A stretch of DNA of 35,406 nucleotides from a virus (lineage: Duplodnaviria; Caudoviricetes): IMG/VR virus record IMGVR_UViG_3300043394_000757, positions 1 through 35,406 of that record. One strand, given 5' to 3'. The notes under the pieces are model-generated. The model was given only the letters and a program-made list of their open reading frames with translations, did not search any database and was not told the DNA's origin. Both the position numbers and the translations under genes were made by a program. Of the stretch, positions 1 through 9,109 are shown piece after piece. Position 1 is the stretch's first letter, and every line of letters begins with the position of its first letter.

Positions 1-26
1 TTGACAATTTAGAGTAATCTAAAAAC

Positions 27-56
27 TTAGATATATAAAAAAATAAATATATCTAA
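27..56 (+). promoter_or_regulatory. Candidate late-promoter motif GATATATAA (30-38) overlapping the 5' arm of a 10-bp perfect inverted repeat (27-36/47-56)
   Basis: ttagatatat (27-36) is the reverse complement of atatatctaa (47-56); the 3' arm ends 5 nt before the ATG at 62; the motif recurs in other intergenic gaps. Confidence 0.6.
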
Positions 57-61
57 TTGAA

Positions 62-1879
62 ATGGCAGAAAACACTGAAAAGGGTTATTTTGATAAACTG
101 GCCGACGCAACAACAAAAAACGTTACTACAGGATTTAATTATGCTAAGACAACTTCTCTTGGCAAGGGATTTATTAGTGCAGTAAAGAGTGTTTCCGGAT
201 ATGACTTAAATGAAATAGACGGTGAAGATCCAACAGGTACCCATAAGGGAGGAAAGAAAAAAGGTAATAGCATTAAAAAAATTGTTGCTAAACCTAATCA
301 AACACTTGCTAAGGCAAAAGCAACCGACGAACCATTTACTATTATTGATACTAAGAATTCAAAGTTCTACACTGATAAAAATGATTCAGAAACCTATATT
401 TCTACAGCAGCCGATGCTACTGAAAAGAAACCTATTACTGTAGGTCCAAGACCATATTCAGCGTTTAATAAATATTCATTAATTAATTATAGAGGAACTC
501 CACTTGATATAACGAAGGATGGTTTAACGGTTGATAGTGGTAGATATAGAAAAATAGATCCATTGAGTTTAATCAATCCAACTGCTAGTCAAATTATAAG
601 TATTACTGGATCTGATAAAATAGATGGTAATTACGGATATCGATATCAATACTCAGATTTTGCATTGACAAAATACTATGGGAAAATTCCTAATAATATG
701 CTTATCACTCTTCGAAGATTCGCATATCCAGTAGCTGATGATATTATTACACCTAAAGCTCTTTCGGCTGATGGAAAATCATTAGAAGGAATTCAACAAC
801 CGGATCTTGCAAGAGCAGTGACATGGTTAGGGGAAGCTACAGGAAATACACTAGCCGATATCTTAAAATTCTCACATGGATTCGAATGGAAAGATGCTGA
901 AGCAAAGGTACAGGAATTAAATTCACAACAGGGTGCTGCATCAGGTAAATTTGGAAGCATTGTCGAAAGTAATAGATTCTTATCAGCCGCTGCAAACGCA
1001 GGTGCAGGTAGAGATGCTGTTTCAGCAAATGCAAATAAACAAAATGCAGGATTTGATGCATTTTCAAATACATATCCAAATCATGTATTTGGACCATTAA
1101 ATGTAATTAAAAATATGGTTGTTAGAGAACAAGGTCTTAAATTTGAACAGGCCTTCACTTTAAAATTTGAATATGAATTAAAGAGTTTTGAAGGAGTTAA
1201 CGCCAAAATCATGATGCTTGACCAATTGGCAAATATTCTTGCATTAACATATAATAACGCACCATTCTGGGGAGGTAGTGTAAGGTATATTAGTGATGGT
1301 TCTGTTGCAAAGCCTTTAGGAGATTTAGCAAAACTTAGATCTGGGGATTATGGTGGATTTTTAGGTTCTATTGTTTCTGACATGGGTAAAATGTTTCAAG
1401 GGGTTTTAGACCCTTCAAGTTGGAAAAATATTGCAGATAATAAATTTCTTAATAATCTTATTGGTGGTAGTTTAATGGAAATGTTTAACACTCCACAGGG
1501 TGGTCAGGCAGTTGCTTCATTATTAACAGGTGATCCTACTGGACAATGGCATGTTACGATAGGAAATCCATTAAATCCAATTATGGTTATTGGAAATCTT
1601 GTAATGGAAGATTGTACAATTAATTTTGAAGGTCCAACCACAATTCATGATTTTCCTGAAAAAATGGTTGTTGAAATAAAACTTAAACCAGGTAGACCTA
1701 GAGATAAAGCAGAAATAGAATCAATGTTTAACTCAGGTAGAGGTAGATTTTACATACAACCTGATGATGTTGCAGATATTAATAGAACTGTTGATGTTAG
1801 TGCATATGGTAATAAAGATGGACATAGACCACAGAAAGATGACTTTGTCAATGTATTTAGAAAATTAAGTAACGGATAA
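62..1879 (+). CDS. Virion structural protein, possibly baseplate/tail-tube cap-like (605 aa)
   Basis: Long ORF directly upstream of the gp53-like, hub and spike genes; C-terminal beta-rich block WHVTIGNPLNPIMVIGNLVMEDCTINF...FPEKMVVEIKLKPGRPR resembles tube-fold baseplate proteins. Function inferred from synteny. Confidence 0.45.
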   Translation: MAENTEKGYFDKLADATTKNVTTGFNYAKTTSLGKGFISAVKSVSGYDLNEIDGEDPTGTHKGGKKKGNSIKKIVAKPNQTLAKAKATDEPFTIIDTKNSKFYTDKNDSETYISTAADATEKKPITVGPRPYSAFNKYSLINYRGTPLDITKDGLTVDSGRYRKIDPLSLINPTASQIISITGSDKIDGNYGYRYQYSDFALTKYYGKIPNNMLITLRRFAYPVADDIITPKALSADGKSLEGIQQPDLARAVTWLGEATGNTLADILKFSHGFEWKDAEAKVQELNSQQGAASGKFGSIVESNRFLSAAANAGAGRDAVSANANKQNAGFDAFSNTYPNHVFGPLNVIKNMVVREQGLKFEQAFTLKFEYELKSFEGVNAKIMMLDQLANILALTYNNAPFWGGSVRYISDGSVAKPLGDLAKLRSGDYGGFLGSIVSDMGKMFQGVLDPSSWKNIADNKFLNNLIGGSLMEMFNTPQGGQAVASLLTGDPTGQWHVTIGNPLNPIMVIGNLVMEDCTINFEGPTTIHDFPEKMVVEIKLKPGRPRDKAEIESMFNSGRGRFYIQPDDVADINRTVDVSAYGNKDGHRPQKDDFVNVFRKLSNG

Positions 1880-2379
1880 TGAAATATACAACATTAGAGA
1901 AAAAGAAAGTATCGCCAGATGGGAGTAAAATTAATATGACTACTCCTACTGTTGTTTTTGCACCTGACACAGAAACTATAGCTGAACATATTGTTACTGA
2001 AGACCAAATCGGTAGAATCGATTTAATCTCTTTACAATATTATAAAGATGCAAATTATGCTGACTATATTTTAAAATGGAACAATATATCTAATCCATTT
2101 TCAATTAATATTGGAGATACATTATTAATTCCACAAAATACTGCATCCTTGCAGATTATTAAGCAAGTTAAAATGGTTGAAAAAACAAGTAATAATCCAT
2201 CAATCAAAGACCAGTTTATCAATACGAAACGTATTCCAGTTAAGGATGCAAAAAGACTTGAATATCTACAAAGAAAGGCCTCACAGAAGGCAAATGGTTC
2301 AGCACAAATACTACCTCCAAATTTATTAAAAGATGGAGACCATAATATAAAAATTGCCAATGGCTCAATTACTATTTAA
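1879..2379 (+). CDS. Baseplate wedge protein, T4 gp53 / P2 gpX LysM-like (166 aa)
   Basis: Motif IVTEDQIGRIDLISLQYY...YILKWNNISNPFSINIGDTLLIP is the typical R.DLIS..YY...I...N.I.NP....G..L.IP pattern; TAATG overlap with the upstream gene. Confidence 0.8.
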   Translation: MKYTTLEKKKVSPDGSKINMTTPTVVFAPDTETIAEHIVTEDQIGRIDLISLQYYKDANYADYILKWNNISNPFSINIGDTLLIPQNTASLQIIKQVKMVEKTSNNPSIKDQFINTKRIPVKDAKRLEYLQRKASQKANGSAQILPPNLLKDGDHNIKIANGSITI

Positions 2380-2382
2380 TAA

Positions 2383-3876
2383 ATGGCTTCAATCAATAAT
2401 CACATATTAACAGTAACCGAACCTTCGATAAAACTTGATAAAATAGAGTTTGAATCCTTTAAGGAACAAGAGGGTAATATTAATGCAGTAACAAGCAAAG
2501 GATTGAATGTTATTGTTATGATAAATAATTATCAATTTGCAATGACAGACATTCTAAGATTAAATTTAGATTGTACTGGTTCTTTGCCTATATTGGATAT
2601 TACGATTGCAGATGCTAAAGGACAATTTGATATAGATACTTTTCCAAGGGATGGTGACGTAATTAACCTTAGAATAGGAAATCTAGACGAAACAACGTAT
2701 AAAGAAATACGAACTGATTTTGATATAATATATGTTGAAACTCCTTCACGTAAGTCTGACATGAAAGGCGGAAAGTATACATTTATGGGTAGAATAAAAA
2801 TTCCTGGATTGTTTGCAGAAGACTGTAAATCTTATGGGGTTGGAACTTCTCTCGAACATGTTGAATCTATTGCAAATGATTTAAAATTAGGTGTTGCAAC
2901 AAATATAGATTCAACGGATGATTCTATGAATTTAGTAGTACCATTTAATTCTGTATATGATACCCTTGAAGATTTGGTTAGACATTCATATATTAGTGAT
3001 GATAGTTTTCAAGTTTACAGTATAGATCCATACTATTATATAAATTTTGTTGATGTAAATAAATTATTAGAATCCGAGGAAACTTTAGAAGATGCAATCG
3101 TATCTTATGGGGTTGACTTAACCGATATGCCTTCTGCAAAGAATGATGATAAAATAAATCAGGCAAAATTACCATTGGTTCTTTCAAATCACAAAAGAGA
3201 TTCATCAACTAATAGATTTATTGCATCACAATCTTTAAAAAATAGTGCAGGTGCAACCTCTAAAAAGAATGGTTACAAAAGAGTTTTACAATATTTCGAA
3301 AATGATTCTGACGAGGGATTGGTTTCACATGATATTGAACCAATTGCTAGTAAAAACATGAAGGATATTGAGGAGCCATTGAGAGGACGTAGGGATGAAG
3401 ATCGATATAAGAATGAAATTAAATATAAATATGTTGGTAGAAAATCAGCAGACCCTGAAACATCAAATACTCACTTAAATTATGAATATGCCGCAATCGC
3501 AAACGTTCAAAACATGGATGAGGTAAAAAAGATGACTCTTGAGATTGAATTGGCTGAATTTAATCCAGCAATCCATCGATATCAAAAAATACCGGTATTT
3601 ATATATACAAATGACCCTGACAAAATGAAAGCGAAGCAAATTACCAGCGATATCAAAGATAAAAAGGGATTTGATACAAATACAGTTGAAGATGACTCTC
3701 TTAATAAACCTGATGTGTATATAGTAGATGAATTTTTAAGTGGATATTATGTTGTGGGTGGAATTCAATATACATATAAAGCTGGAGATGCTGGTGTTAA
3801 ACAAAAATTAACATTACTAAGAAGAGAATGGCCAAGTAGACTTAATAATGTTAATAAGGACACTGTGCAAAAATAA
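2383..3876 (+). CDS. Putative baseplate hub protein (gp27 / late control D-like, 497 aa)
   Basis: Lies between the LysM wedge and spike genes; N-terminal P.L.ITIAD...D..P.DGDVI.L.I and C-terminal DEFLSGYYVVGGIQYTY...QKLTLLRREW as in hub proteins. Confidence 0.6.
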   Translation: MASINNHILTVTEPSIKLDKIEFESFKEQEGNINAVTSKGLNVIVMINNYQFAMTDILRLNLDCTGSLPILDITIADAKGQFDIDTFPRDGDVINLRIGNLDETTYKEIRTDFDIIYVETPSRKSDMKGGKYTFMGRIKIPGLFAEDCKSYGVGTSLEHVESIANDLKLGVATNIDSTDDSMNLVVPFNSVYDTLEDLVRHSYISDDSFQVYSIDPYYYINFVDVNKLLESEETLEDAIVSYGVDLTDMPSAKNDDKINQAKLPLVLSNHKRDSSTNRFIASQSLKNSAGATSKKNGYKRVLQYFENDSDEGLVSHDIEPIASKNMKDIEEPLRGRRDEDRYKNEIKYKYVGRKSADPETSNTHLNYEYAAIANVQNMDEVKKMTLEIELAEFNPAIHRYQKIPVFIYTNDPDKMKAKQITSDIKDKKGFDTNTVEDDSLNKPDVYIVDEFLSGYYVVGGIQYTYKAGDAGVKQKLTLLRREWPSRLNNVNKDTVQK

Positions 3877-3877
3877 A

Positions 3878-3886
3878 GATAAATAA
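3878..3886 (+). promoter_or_regulatory. Variant late-promoter-like motif GATAAATAA
   Basis: One mismatch to GATATATAA, in a 13-nt gap, ending 3 nt before the ATG at 3890. Confidence 0.35.
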
Positions 3887-3889
3887 TAT

Positions 3890-5095
3890 ATGTCAGATTT
3901 TAAAAACGTATCGGATTTTAGAAAAGGTTCTTATAGGAAATTTCCCTATCAAGACCCAACGTACCTTTCATTCGCAATCTTATTCGATGCGTATAATCCT
4001 GAACATTCTCCATTGCTAGCAGGACCGGCTGAAGAATATTTAACTGAATTATCAACACAAGATGCTTTCTATGCTGAAAGATTGCAGGATTTTAAGGAAT
4101 TTAAAAAAGCATTGTTTACCATCAATAATGAAATGCCATGGTATTGGCAATCTTTAAAAGGTCTTGAACGATTTTTTGCGCATGACCCTAGTGATGCATA
4201 TTTAGGTGGAGATGATGCAAAACTTGAAATTGAAACCTTAGAATCATTGAACTTGCCAATTGCAGGTTTAATGCATCTTTATAGAAAGGCAGTTTTCGAT
4301 GATAGAAAATGGTGTTACATTTTACCTAAAAATCTAAGACAATTCTCAATGTATGTTTATGTAACTGAGGTTAGAAGCATACAAATAAATACAAACACTA
4401 AAGTATCGGGTCTTCCTAAAAAAATTAATAAGGATGCCGTTAGTGATTTTCCAGATAACATGAAACCTAAAATTGATGTTGAAAATGCAAACTCGGCAAT
4501 TATGGGTGATACTGGTAGACCATATTTTATGGTAGGAATACATTATTGTCAATTTGATATGACAACAGGAACTAATATATTTAGTGAACTTTCTAAAAGT
4601 CCAGAAGGTCCTGCTACAAATAATATTACTATCACATATGAACACTATGATAAAATTGAGGCAAGAGTTCTTAATGGAATTATAACCGAACCTGATTATG
4701 CAAAATCTTATATTTCTCCAGCACCTGACGCTGAATTTTTTGAAGCGTCAAGCAAAACTCCTTTAGAATTTGCAAAAGATAAAGCGACTGGTAGGCTTGA
4801 TGAAGCACAAAAAAGAGGAGAAGAATCTCTTAAAAAACTTGCAACAGATAAGCGTAGAGAACTTGAACAAGAAATAAGAAATAGAACTGTAAATAGAATT
4901 CCATCGTTTGAAAATGTATTTGCAAACGCAGTTAGACGAATAGATAATATATCAGACGTTAATCAACAATCTAGAAATATTGGAAATGCAATTAGTGCTA
5001 ATGTGTATGGCGACTTGACCGGAAACACATTATTAGAAGGACTTAATATCGCAGCAACCCAAGGAGTTCAAAACCTAGGAAACGTATACAAATAA
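3890..5095 (+). CDS. Structural protein, possibly tail-tube initiator/junction (gp54/gp48-like, 401 aa)
   Basis: Long ORF between hub and spike; beta-rich N-terminal two thirds (KLEIETLESL, LPKNLRQFSMYVYVTEVR, NNITITYE) and charged helical C-terminus. Function inferred from synteny. Confidence 0.4.
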   Translation: MSDFKNVSDFRKGSYRKFPYQDPTYLSFAILFDAYNPEHSPLLAGPAEEYLTELSTQDAFYAERLQDFKEFKKALFTINNEMPWYWQSLKGLERFFAHDPSDAYLGGDDAKLEIETLESLNLPIAGLMHLYRKAVFDDRKWCYILPKNLRQFSMYVYVTEVRSIQINTNTKVSGLPKKINKDAVSDFPDNMKPKIDVENANSAIMGDTGRPYFMVGIHYCQFDMTTGTNIFSELSKSPEGPATNNITITYEHYDKIEARVLNGIITEPDYAKSYISPAPDAEFFEASSKTPLEFAKDKATGRLDEAQKRGEESLKKLATDKRRELEQEIRNRTVNRIPSFENVFANAVRRIDNISDVNQQSRNIGNAISANVYGDLTGNTLLEGLNIAATQGVQNLGNVYK

Positions 5096-5814
5096 TGGCA
5101 ACTGACAAAGAATTAGACAAAGATAATATTAGGGAAACCCACTGGATTGGTGAGGTTGTTGATAATGCTGACCCTAAATTTCTTGGAAGATGCAGAGTAA
5201 AGGTATATGGAAAGTTTGATAAATTGCCTAATGATGCAATTCCATGGGCTACTCCTATGAATAGAGATTTTGTAGGTTCTCATAATGTGCCTAATATTGG
5301 AACAGTGGTTGCAGTTCGTTTCGACAATGGTAATATCTATCACCCTGAATATTGGTTTCAAATCAATCAGAATAAAGCGTTAAAGGCAGATATTTTGGAA
5401 GCTTCAGGCGCAGCACATGATGTTGTATCACTAATATATGATGAGGTAAGAAATATTAGAATCTATCACTCACCTGAGGATGGTCTAGTAATTACTCGAG
5501 GTACTGGAGCAAAGGAAAGACCTTTAATCCAAATCGATGAGAAGGGTTATATTAAAATCTCAAGTGCTGAAAAAATATTCCTTGATTCTGGTAATGTATT
5601 CTTAAGTAATACAGGTGAAGGTAGTGAAGATGAGAAAGAACCTGCGGTTCGTGGAGTATCTCTTGAAAAATGGTTGAATAAATTGCTTGATGATTATAAG
5701 AACCATTTTCACCCAACTGGAGTTGGTCCTTCAGGACCCCCTGCTGCCACAACACCATCAACTGTTAGTAGTTTAAAATCATCTCATAAAGATTACCAAC
5801 AAAAAGGTAAATAG
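5095..5814 (+). CDS. Baseplate central spike, gp5 OB-fold / gpV-like (239 aa)
   Basis: WIGEVVDNADPKFLGRCRVKVYG...LPNDAIPWA is the T4 gp5 N-terminal OB-fold signature; C-terminal HFH (5704-5712) plus GVGPSGPP is the HxH apex of gpV/gp45-type spikes. Confidence 0.85.
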   Translation: MATDKELDKDNIRETHWIGEVVDNADPKFLGRCRVKVYGKFDKLPNDAIPWATPMNRDFVGSHNVPNIGTVVAVRFDNGNIYHPEYWFQINQNKALKADILEASGAAHDVVSLIYDEVRNIRIYHSPEDGLVITRGTGAKERPLIQIDEKGYIKISSAEKIFLDSGNVFLSNTGEGSEDEKEPAVRGVSLEKWLNKLLDDYKNHFHPTGVGPSGPPAATTPSTVSSLKSSHKDYQQKGK

Positions 5815-5840
5815 GATATATAATTTCTAAAACATTATAT
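5815..5840 (+). promoter_or_regulatory. Candidate late-promoter motif GATATATAA (5815-5823) with a 7-bp inverted repeat (5818-5824/5834-5840)
   Basis: Exact motif straight after the TAG stop; atataat/attatat arms, 3' arm ends 1 nt before the ATG at 5842. Confidence 0.5.
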
Positions 5841-5841
5841 T

Positions 5842-7773
5842 ATGCCTGCACAATGGCCAATTTTCGTTAATAAAGTATCTGCAAAACTATCTAGTCTAAG
5901 TTCGACTAGTATAGATGAATTTGCTGTATTTTTAGCTAATGAATATTTTAATGCCGTTAAAACTTCTCAAACAATGTATGGTAATATACATCAGTCCGGA
6001 CAAAAACCAATTCTTGAGGAAGGATTTAAAAAAGCCTTTAAAAAGATATATGATGAGGAGGATGTACACTTTGAAAGTAAGTTTACAAATCCAAAATATG
6101 CCGATATGTTTGAAAAAGCGCCGGGTCCAAATTTAAACTTTGACGCTTATTGTGAACTTGAAAAATGGACTAATGAAAATAAGGACAAATTAGAAAAGTT
6201 TACATTCTATCCTTTTTTCCCATCAACATGTCCAACTGAAGAACCACAGCAAACTTCTGGTGAAATTGATTTTGGATTATTAGAAGAAGCAAACAAATCA
6301 GGAGAACCTGAAAAATACGTTACCATGACAATCTCAGGTTTCACTGAGGGAATAGATTATAAATTCCTATATTCTATTAATGGAAAAGATCAACCGCTTC
6401 AGATTGCACAAGATAATGTTCTACATGTATTGGCTCCTACACAAAATGGTTCATATACTTACACCTTTAAAGGCGTGTATCTAGATGAATCAATATTATT
6501 AAAAGAGATAAACAAATCTTTAATATTAGAAATTAAACCAGATGGAGTAGAGGTTATTGATGAGATTAAAGATCCTTTTACTGATAAAAAAGCCAGACTT
6601 TCAATTCCTACAATGACTGAAGATGAGAGAGCTAGAAATATAGCTCTTCGTGTAGTTTATCAAAATGACGGATCATCCGAATATGGTGAATGGGTTGACA
6701 GATTAGATATTGGACATAATTCAAAATTTGGAAAAAAGGTTAAAAAACAAGTTCAACAAATTTTAGGACTTAGTTCAAATAATTTTGATAAATTAAAAGA
6801 GGACTTAGTTCAAAGAAAATCTCTTGAAAAGGCAACAAAATATCGAAATGAATTAATAGAGCAATACAATAAACAAGGTTCTCAGTTTAGTGTATTTGGA
6901 ATAAATAAAGCCGATATCGATAAATTATTTAAATCTGAACTCCAGAAGTATCAGAAGGAATATAGAAGTAAAATATCCGAAGATGATATTGTAAAGGATA
7001 TGTTATCCACAGATAAAACACTTAAAAAACAGGATGCCCTTAAAAAATTATATGCAATACCAAAGAACGATACAATAAAAAATCCTATTAATGAATATAT
7101 TTTTCAGGAAGAGCATATTGATAATAAAAATAGAATACCAACATGGTTGGAAGCAGTTGATATATGTAAATTCGTTTTTATAAAATCAATCGATAAAAGT
7201 ATGGAAGGATATTCAGATAGAAATATTGATGCTAATGGCAATCAATCTTTTTCAACAGCATTTGACAAAGGAAGATTTGAAAGAGCGGAAATCCGTAGAA
7301 ATACTGAAAAGATTCTACTATATTTAATAGAGAAAAATAAGTGGTATGACCTCTTAAGAAAGTGGGGTAATTCAATGTCTGGTAATCTAGAAGAAGATAC
7401 TCAAGGCGGTGATGGTTATGAAGTAATGGCACAAGCCATTATAGATTATTGGAAAAGTACGGCAGTTCAGCCATTTAAACCTGGTCCCCCGATAACTCCA
7501 TGTACTTCAATACCTCCATTAGGGGGTAAATACACTCCAATTTCATATGGAAATAAGAGTGCTTTGGCAAGTGACCTTAGAAAGGCTTGGAATACTGGAA
7601 AGAGATTTAATAGACAACCATTAACACCAGTTGCTTCGAAGGCGGTGGCATCTGCAGTATCTGTTGCATGTTCAAAACATTTACTCGGAGTTAAATTCTT
7701 ATATTTGGGTGGATTGATAGTTCCATCTGGCCCTCCAATACCTATGGTTGGAATTAGCCCAACCACATTCTAG
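5842..7773 (+). CDS. Hypothetical spike-adjacent protein (643 aa)
   Basis: Long ORF; helical N-terminus, beta-rich segment near aa 155-235, Lys/Glu-rich helical middle, Pro/Gly-rich hydrophobic C-terminus. No family recognised. Confidence 0.6.
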   Translation: MPAQWPIFVNKVSAKLSSLSSTSIDEFAVFLANEYFNAVKTSQTMYGNIHQSGQKPILEEGFKKAFKKIYDEEDVHFESKFTNPKYADMFEKAPGPNLNFDAYCELEKWTNENKDKLEKFTFYPFFPSTCPTEEPQQTSGEIDFGLLEEANKSGEPEKYVTMTISGFTEGIDYKFLYSINGKDQPLQIAQDNVLHVLAPTQNGSYTYTFKGVYLDESILLKEINKSLILEIKPDGVEVIDEIKDPFTDKKARLSIPTMTEDERARNIALRVVYQNDGSSEYGEWVDRLDIGHNSKFGKKVKKQVQQILGLSSNNFDKLKEDLVQRKSLEKATKYRNELIEQYNKQGSQFSVFGINKADIDKLFKSELQKYQKEYRSKISEDDIVKDMLSTDKTLKKQDALKKLYAIPKNDTIKNPINEYIFQEEHIDNKNRIPTWLEAVDICKFVFIKSIDKSMEGYSDRNIDANGNQSFSTAFDKGRFERAEIRRNTEKILLYLIEKNKWYDLLRKWGNSMSGNLEEDTQGGDGYEVMAQAIIDYWKSTAVQPFKPGPPITPCTSIPPLGGKYTPISYGNKSALASDLRKAWNTGKRFNRQPLTPVASKAVASAVSVACSKHLLGVKFLYLGGLIVPSGPPIPMVGISPTTF

Positions 7774-7781
7774 AAAAACAT

Positions 7782-7789
7782 ATATATAA
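7782..7789 (+). promoter_or_regulatory. Candidate late-promoter core ATATATAA upstream of the S1 gene
   Basis: Exact core motif in the 50-nt gap, 34 nt before the ATG at 7824, followed by an unstructured A-rich leader. Confidence 0.5.
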
Positions 7790-7823
7790 ACTATAATTTA
7801 TTAACCCTTAAAAACAAAAAAAA

Positions 7824-9014
7824 ATGTCAAAAAAACAAATTGCAACTGAAGGAATTCCGGGATTTGATTGGGATGCGCATTTAGCAGATTGCCCTTCAGC
7901 TTACAAAAAACCAAATCCTCATGTAAAGACTAAGGATGGTCACAAAGTTTATTCTCGTGAACCATACGCCCAAGAGCTTTACAATTTAATGGAAGGATTT
8001 TACTCAAGCAATGAACCAATTTTCTCGGTAAATGCTGGAGAAACTCATACAGGAACCGTATATTCAGTAGATACTGAATGGGCTTCAATTGATATTGGCC
8101 ACAAAGAAATGGTTTATGTGAATATGTCAAGAGAATCTGCTTTCTCAAAAGCTAAATTGATTCCTGGAGAAAAAATCGATGTTGAAATATCAGGAGACAG
8201 AACCTCTAAAGGATTTATTTTAGGTTCAGTTGAGGCTGGAATTAAAGCTGCAATCTTAAGAGAAATCTTGGCTTCAGTGGAGGAGCAAAACACCGCTTAC
8301 ATCGGAACAGTAACGGGTATGATTCCAAATGGAGGTTACTTTGTAAATGTACAAGGAATCGAATGCTTTATGCCAGGTTCACTCGCAGGTATTAATAAAC
8401 TTGCTGAATTTGAGTCTATTTTAAATACTCAAATGTATGTAGTACCGATGGGATATTCTCAAGAAAGAGGTACAGTTATTGTTTCACATAGAAAATACTT
8501 ACAGGCATTAATTCCTGGTAAAGTTGAAGAGCTTAGAAATAACGCCCATGAAACTAAAACAGGAAATGTTACAGGTTCAACTAAGTACGGAGTATTCGTT
8601 GAATTTGATGAGTGCTTAACAGGTATGATTCATGTTAATGATTTATCTTCTGAATTTGCTAAGAAACACAAGGCAAGAGAGATTAATCCAGGTGATGAAA
8701 TTACCTTTATGGTAAAAGAAATCATCAATGATACAAAAATCACTTTAACACAATTAGAGTACACTGAGACAGTGGATCCATGGCAACAAATCGCAGGAAA
8801 ATACAAATCCTTCCCGACCGAAGTAACAGGTGCTATTAAGTCTGTTAAGGATTACGGTATCTTTGTTGATGTAGGAGACGGTATTGTTGGTTTATTACAT
8901 GTATCTGAATTGCCAGAAGGAATGGACATTAATACATTCACAAAAAATAGTCCAATCACAGTACAAATCACAAGAATTGATGTTGACACAAGAAAAGTTT
9001 TCTTAAAACTATAA
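7824..9014 (+). CDS. rpsA: Phage-encoded 30S ribosomal protein S1 (bS1) homolog with four S1 domains (396 aa)
   Basis: Four tandem S1/OB repeats: GETHTGTVYSV..ASIDIGHK; GTVTGM..GGYFVNVQGIECFMPGSL; GNVTGSTKYGVFVEF...GMIHVNDLS; VTGAIKSVKDYGIFVDVGDGIVGLLHVSEL. The VIVSHR and DPW linkers match bacterial S1 domains D1-D4. Confidence 0.9.
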   Translation: MSKKQIATEGIPGFDWDAHLADCPSAYKKPNPHVKTKDGHKVYSREPYAQELYNLMEGFYSSNEPIFSVNAGETHTGTVYSVDTEWASIDIGHKEMVYVNMSRESAFSKAKLIPGEKIDVEISGDRTSKGFILGSVEAGIKAAILREILASVEEQNTAYIGTVTGMIPNGGYFVNVQGIECFMPGSLAGINKLAEFESILNTQMYVVPMGYSQERGTVIVSHRKYLQALIPGKVEELRNNAHETKTGNVTGSTKYGVFVEFDECLTGMIHVNDLSSEFAKKHKAREINPGDEITFMVKEIINDTKITLTQLEYTETVDPWQQIAGKYKSFPTEVTGAIKSVKDYGIFVDVGDGIVGLLHVSELPEGMDINTFTKNSPITVQITRIDVDTRKVFLKL

Positions 9015-9040
9015 TTGTTAATAACTTTCTGAAAATAATT

Positions 9041-9074
9041 GACCCGAGATTTTTTAGTCTCGGGTTTTTTGTTT
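9041..9074 (+). terminator. Rho-independent terminator after the S1 gene
   Basis: GC-rich stem acccgaga (9042-9049)/tctcgggt (9058-9065), extendable by G-U/A-U pairs, followed by tttttgttt. Confidence 0.85.
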
Positions 9075-9097
9075 ATATTTACATTATAATTGAAACA

Positions 9098-9106
9098 GAT
9101 ATATAA
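9098..9106 (+). promoter_or_regulatory. Candidate late-promoter motif GATATATAA
   Basis: Exact motif downstream of the terminator, where a new promoter is needed; ends 3 nt before the ATG at 9110. Confidence 0.6.
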
Positions 9107-9109
9107 TCT

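Noticed and set aside
8-23. Small hairpin tttaga-GTAA-tctaaa with a GNRA loop
   Set aside because: Only 6 AU-rich bp at the window edge with no upstream context; cannot be told from chance
1-37. TTGACA at 1-6 as a sigma70 -35 element
   Set aside because: No -10 hexamer at 16-18 nt spacing; the TATA-like sequence is about 25 nt away
7824-9014. Host chromosomal rpsA, implying a prophage boundary or chimeric assembly
   Set aside because: No host neighbours; flanked by phage genes with similar composition and the same upstream motif; protein is divergent and shortened
9085-9090. TATAAT as a sigma70 -10 element
   Set aside because: No -35 match at proper spacing (that position is within the terminator stem); common by chance in AT-rich DNA
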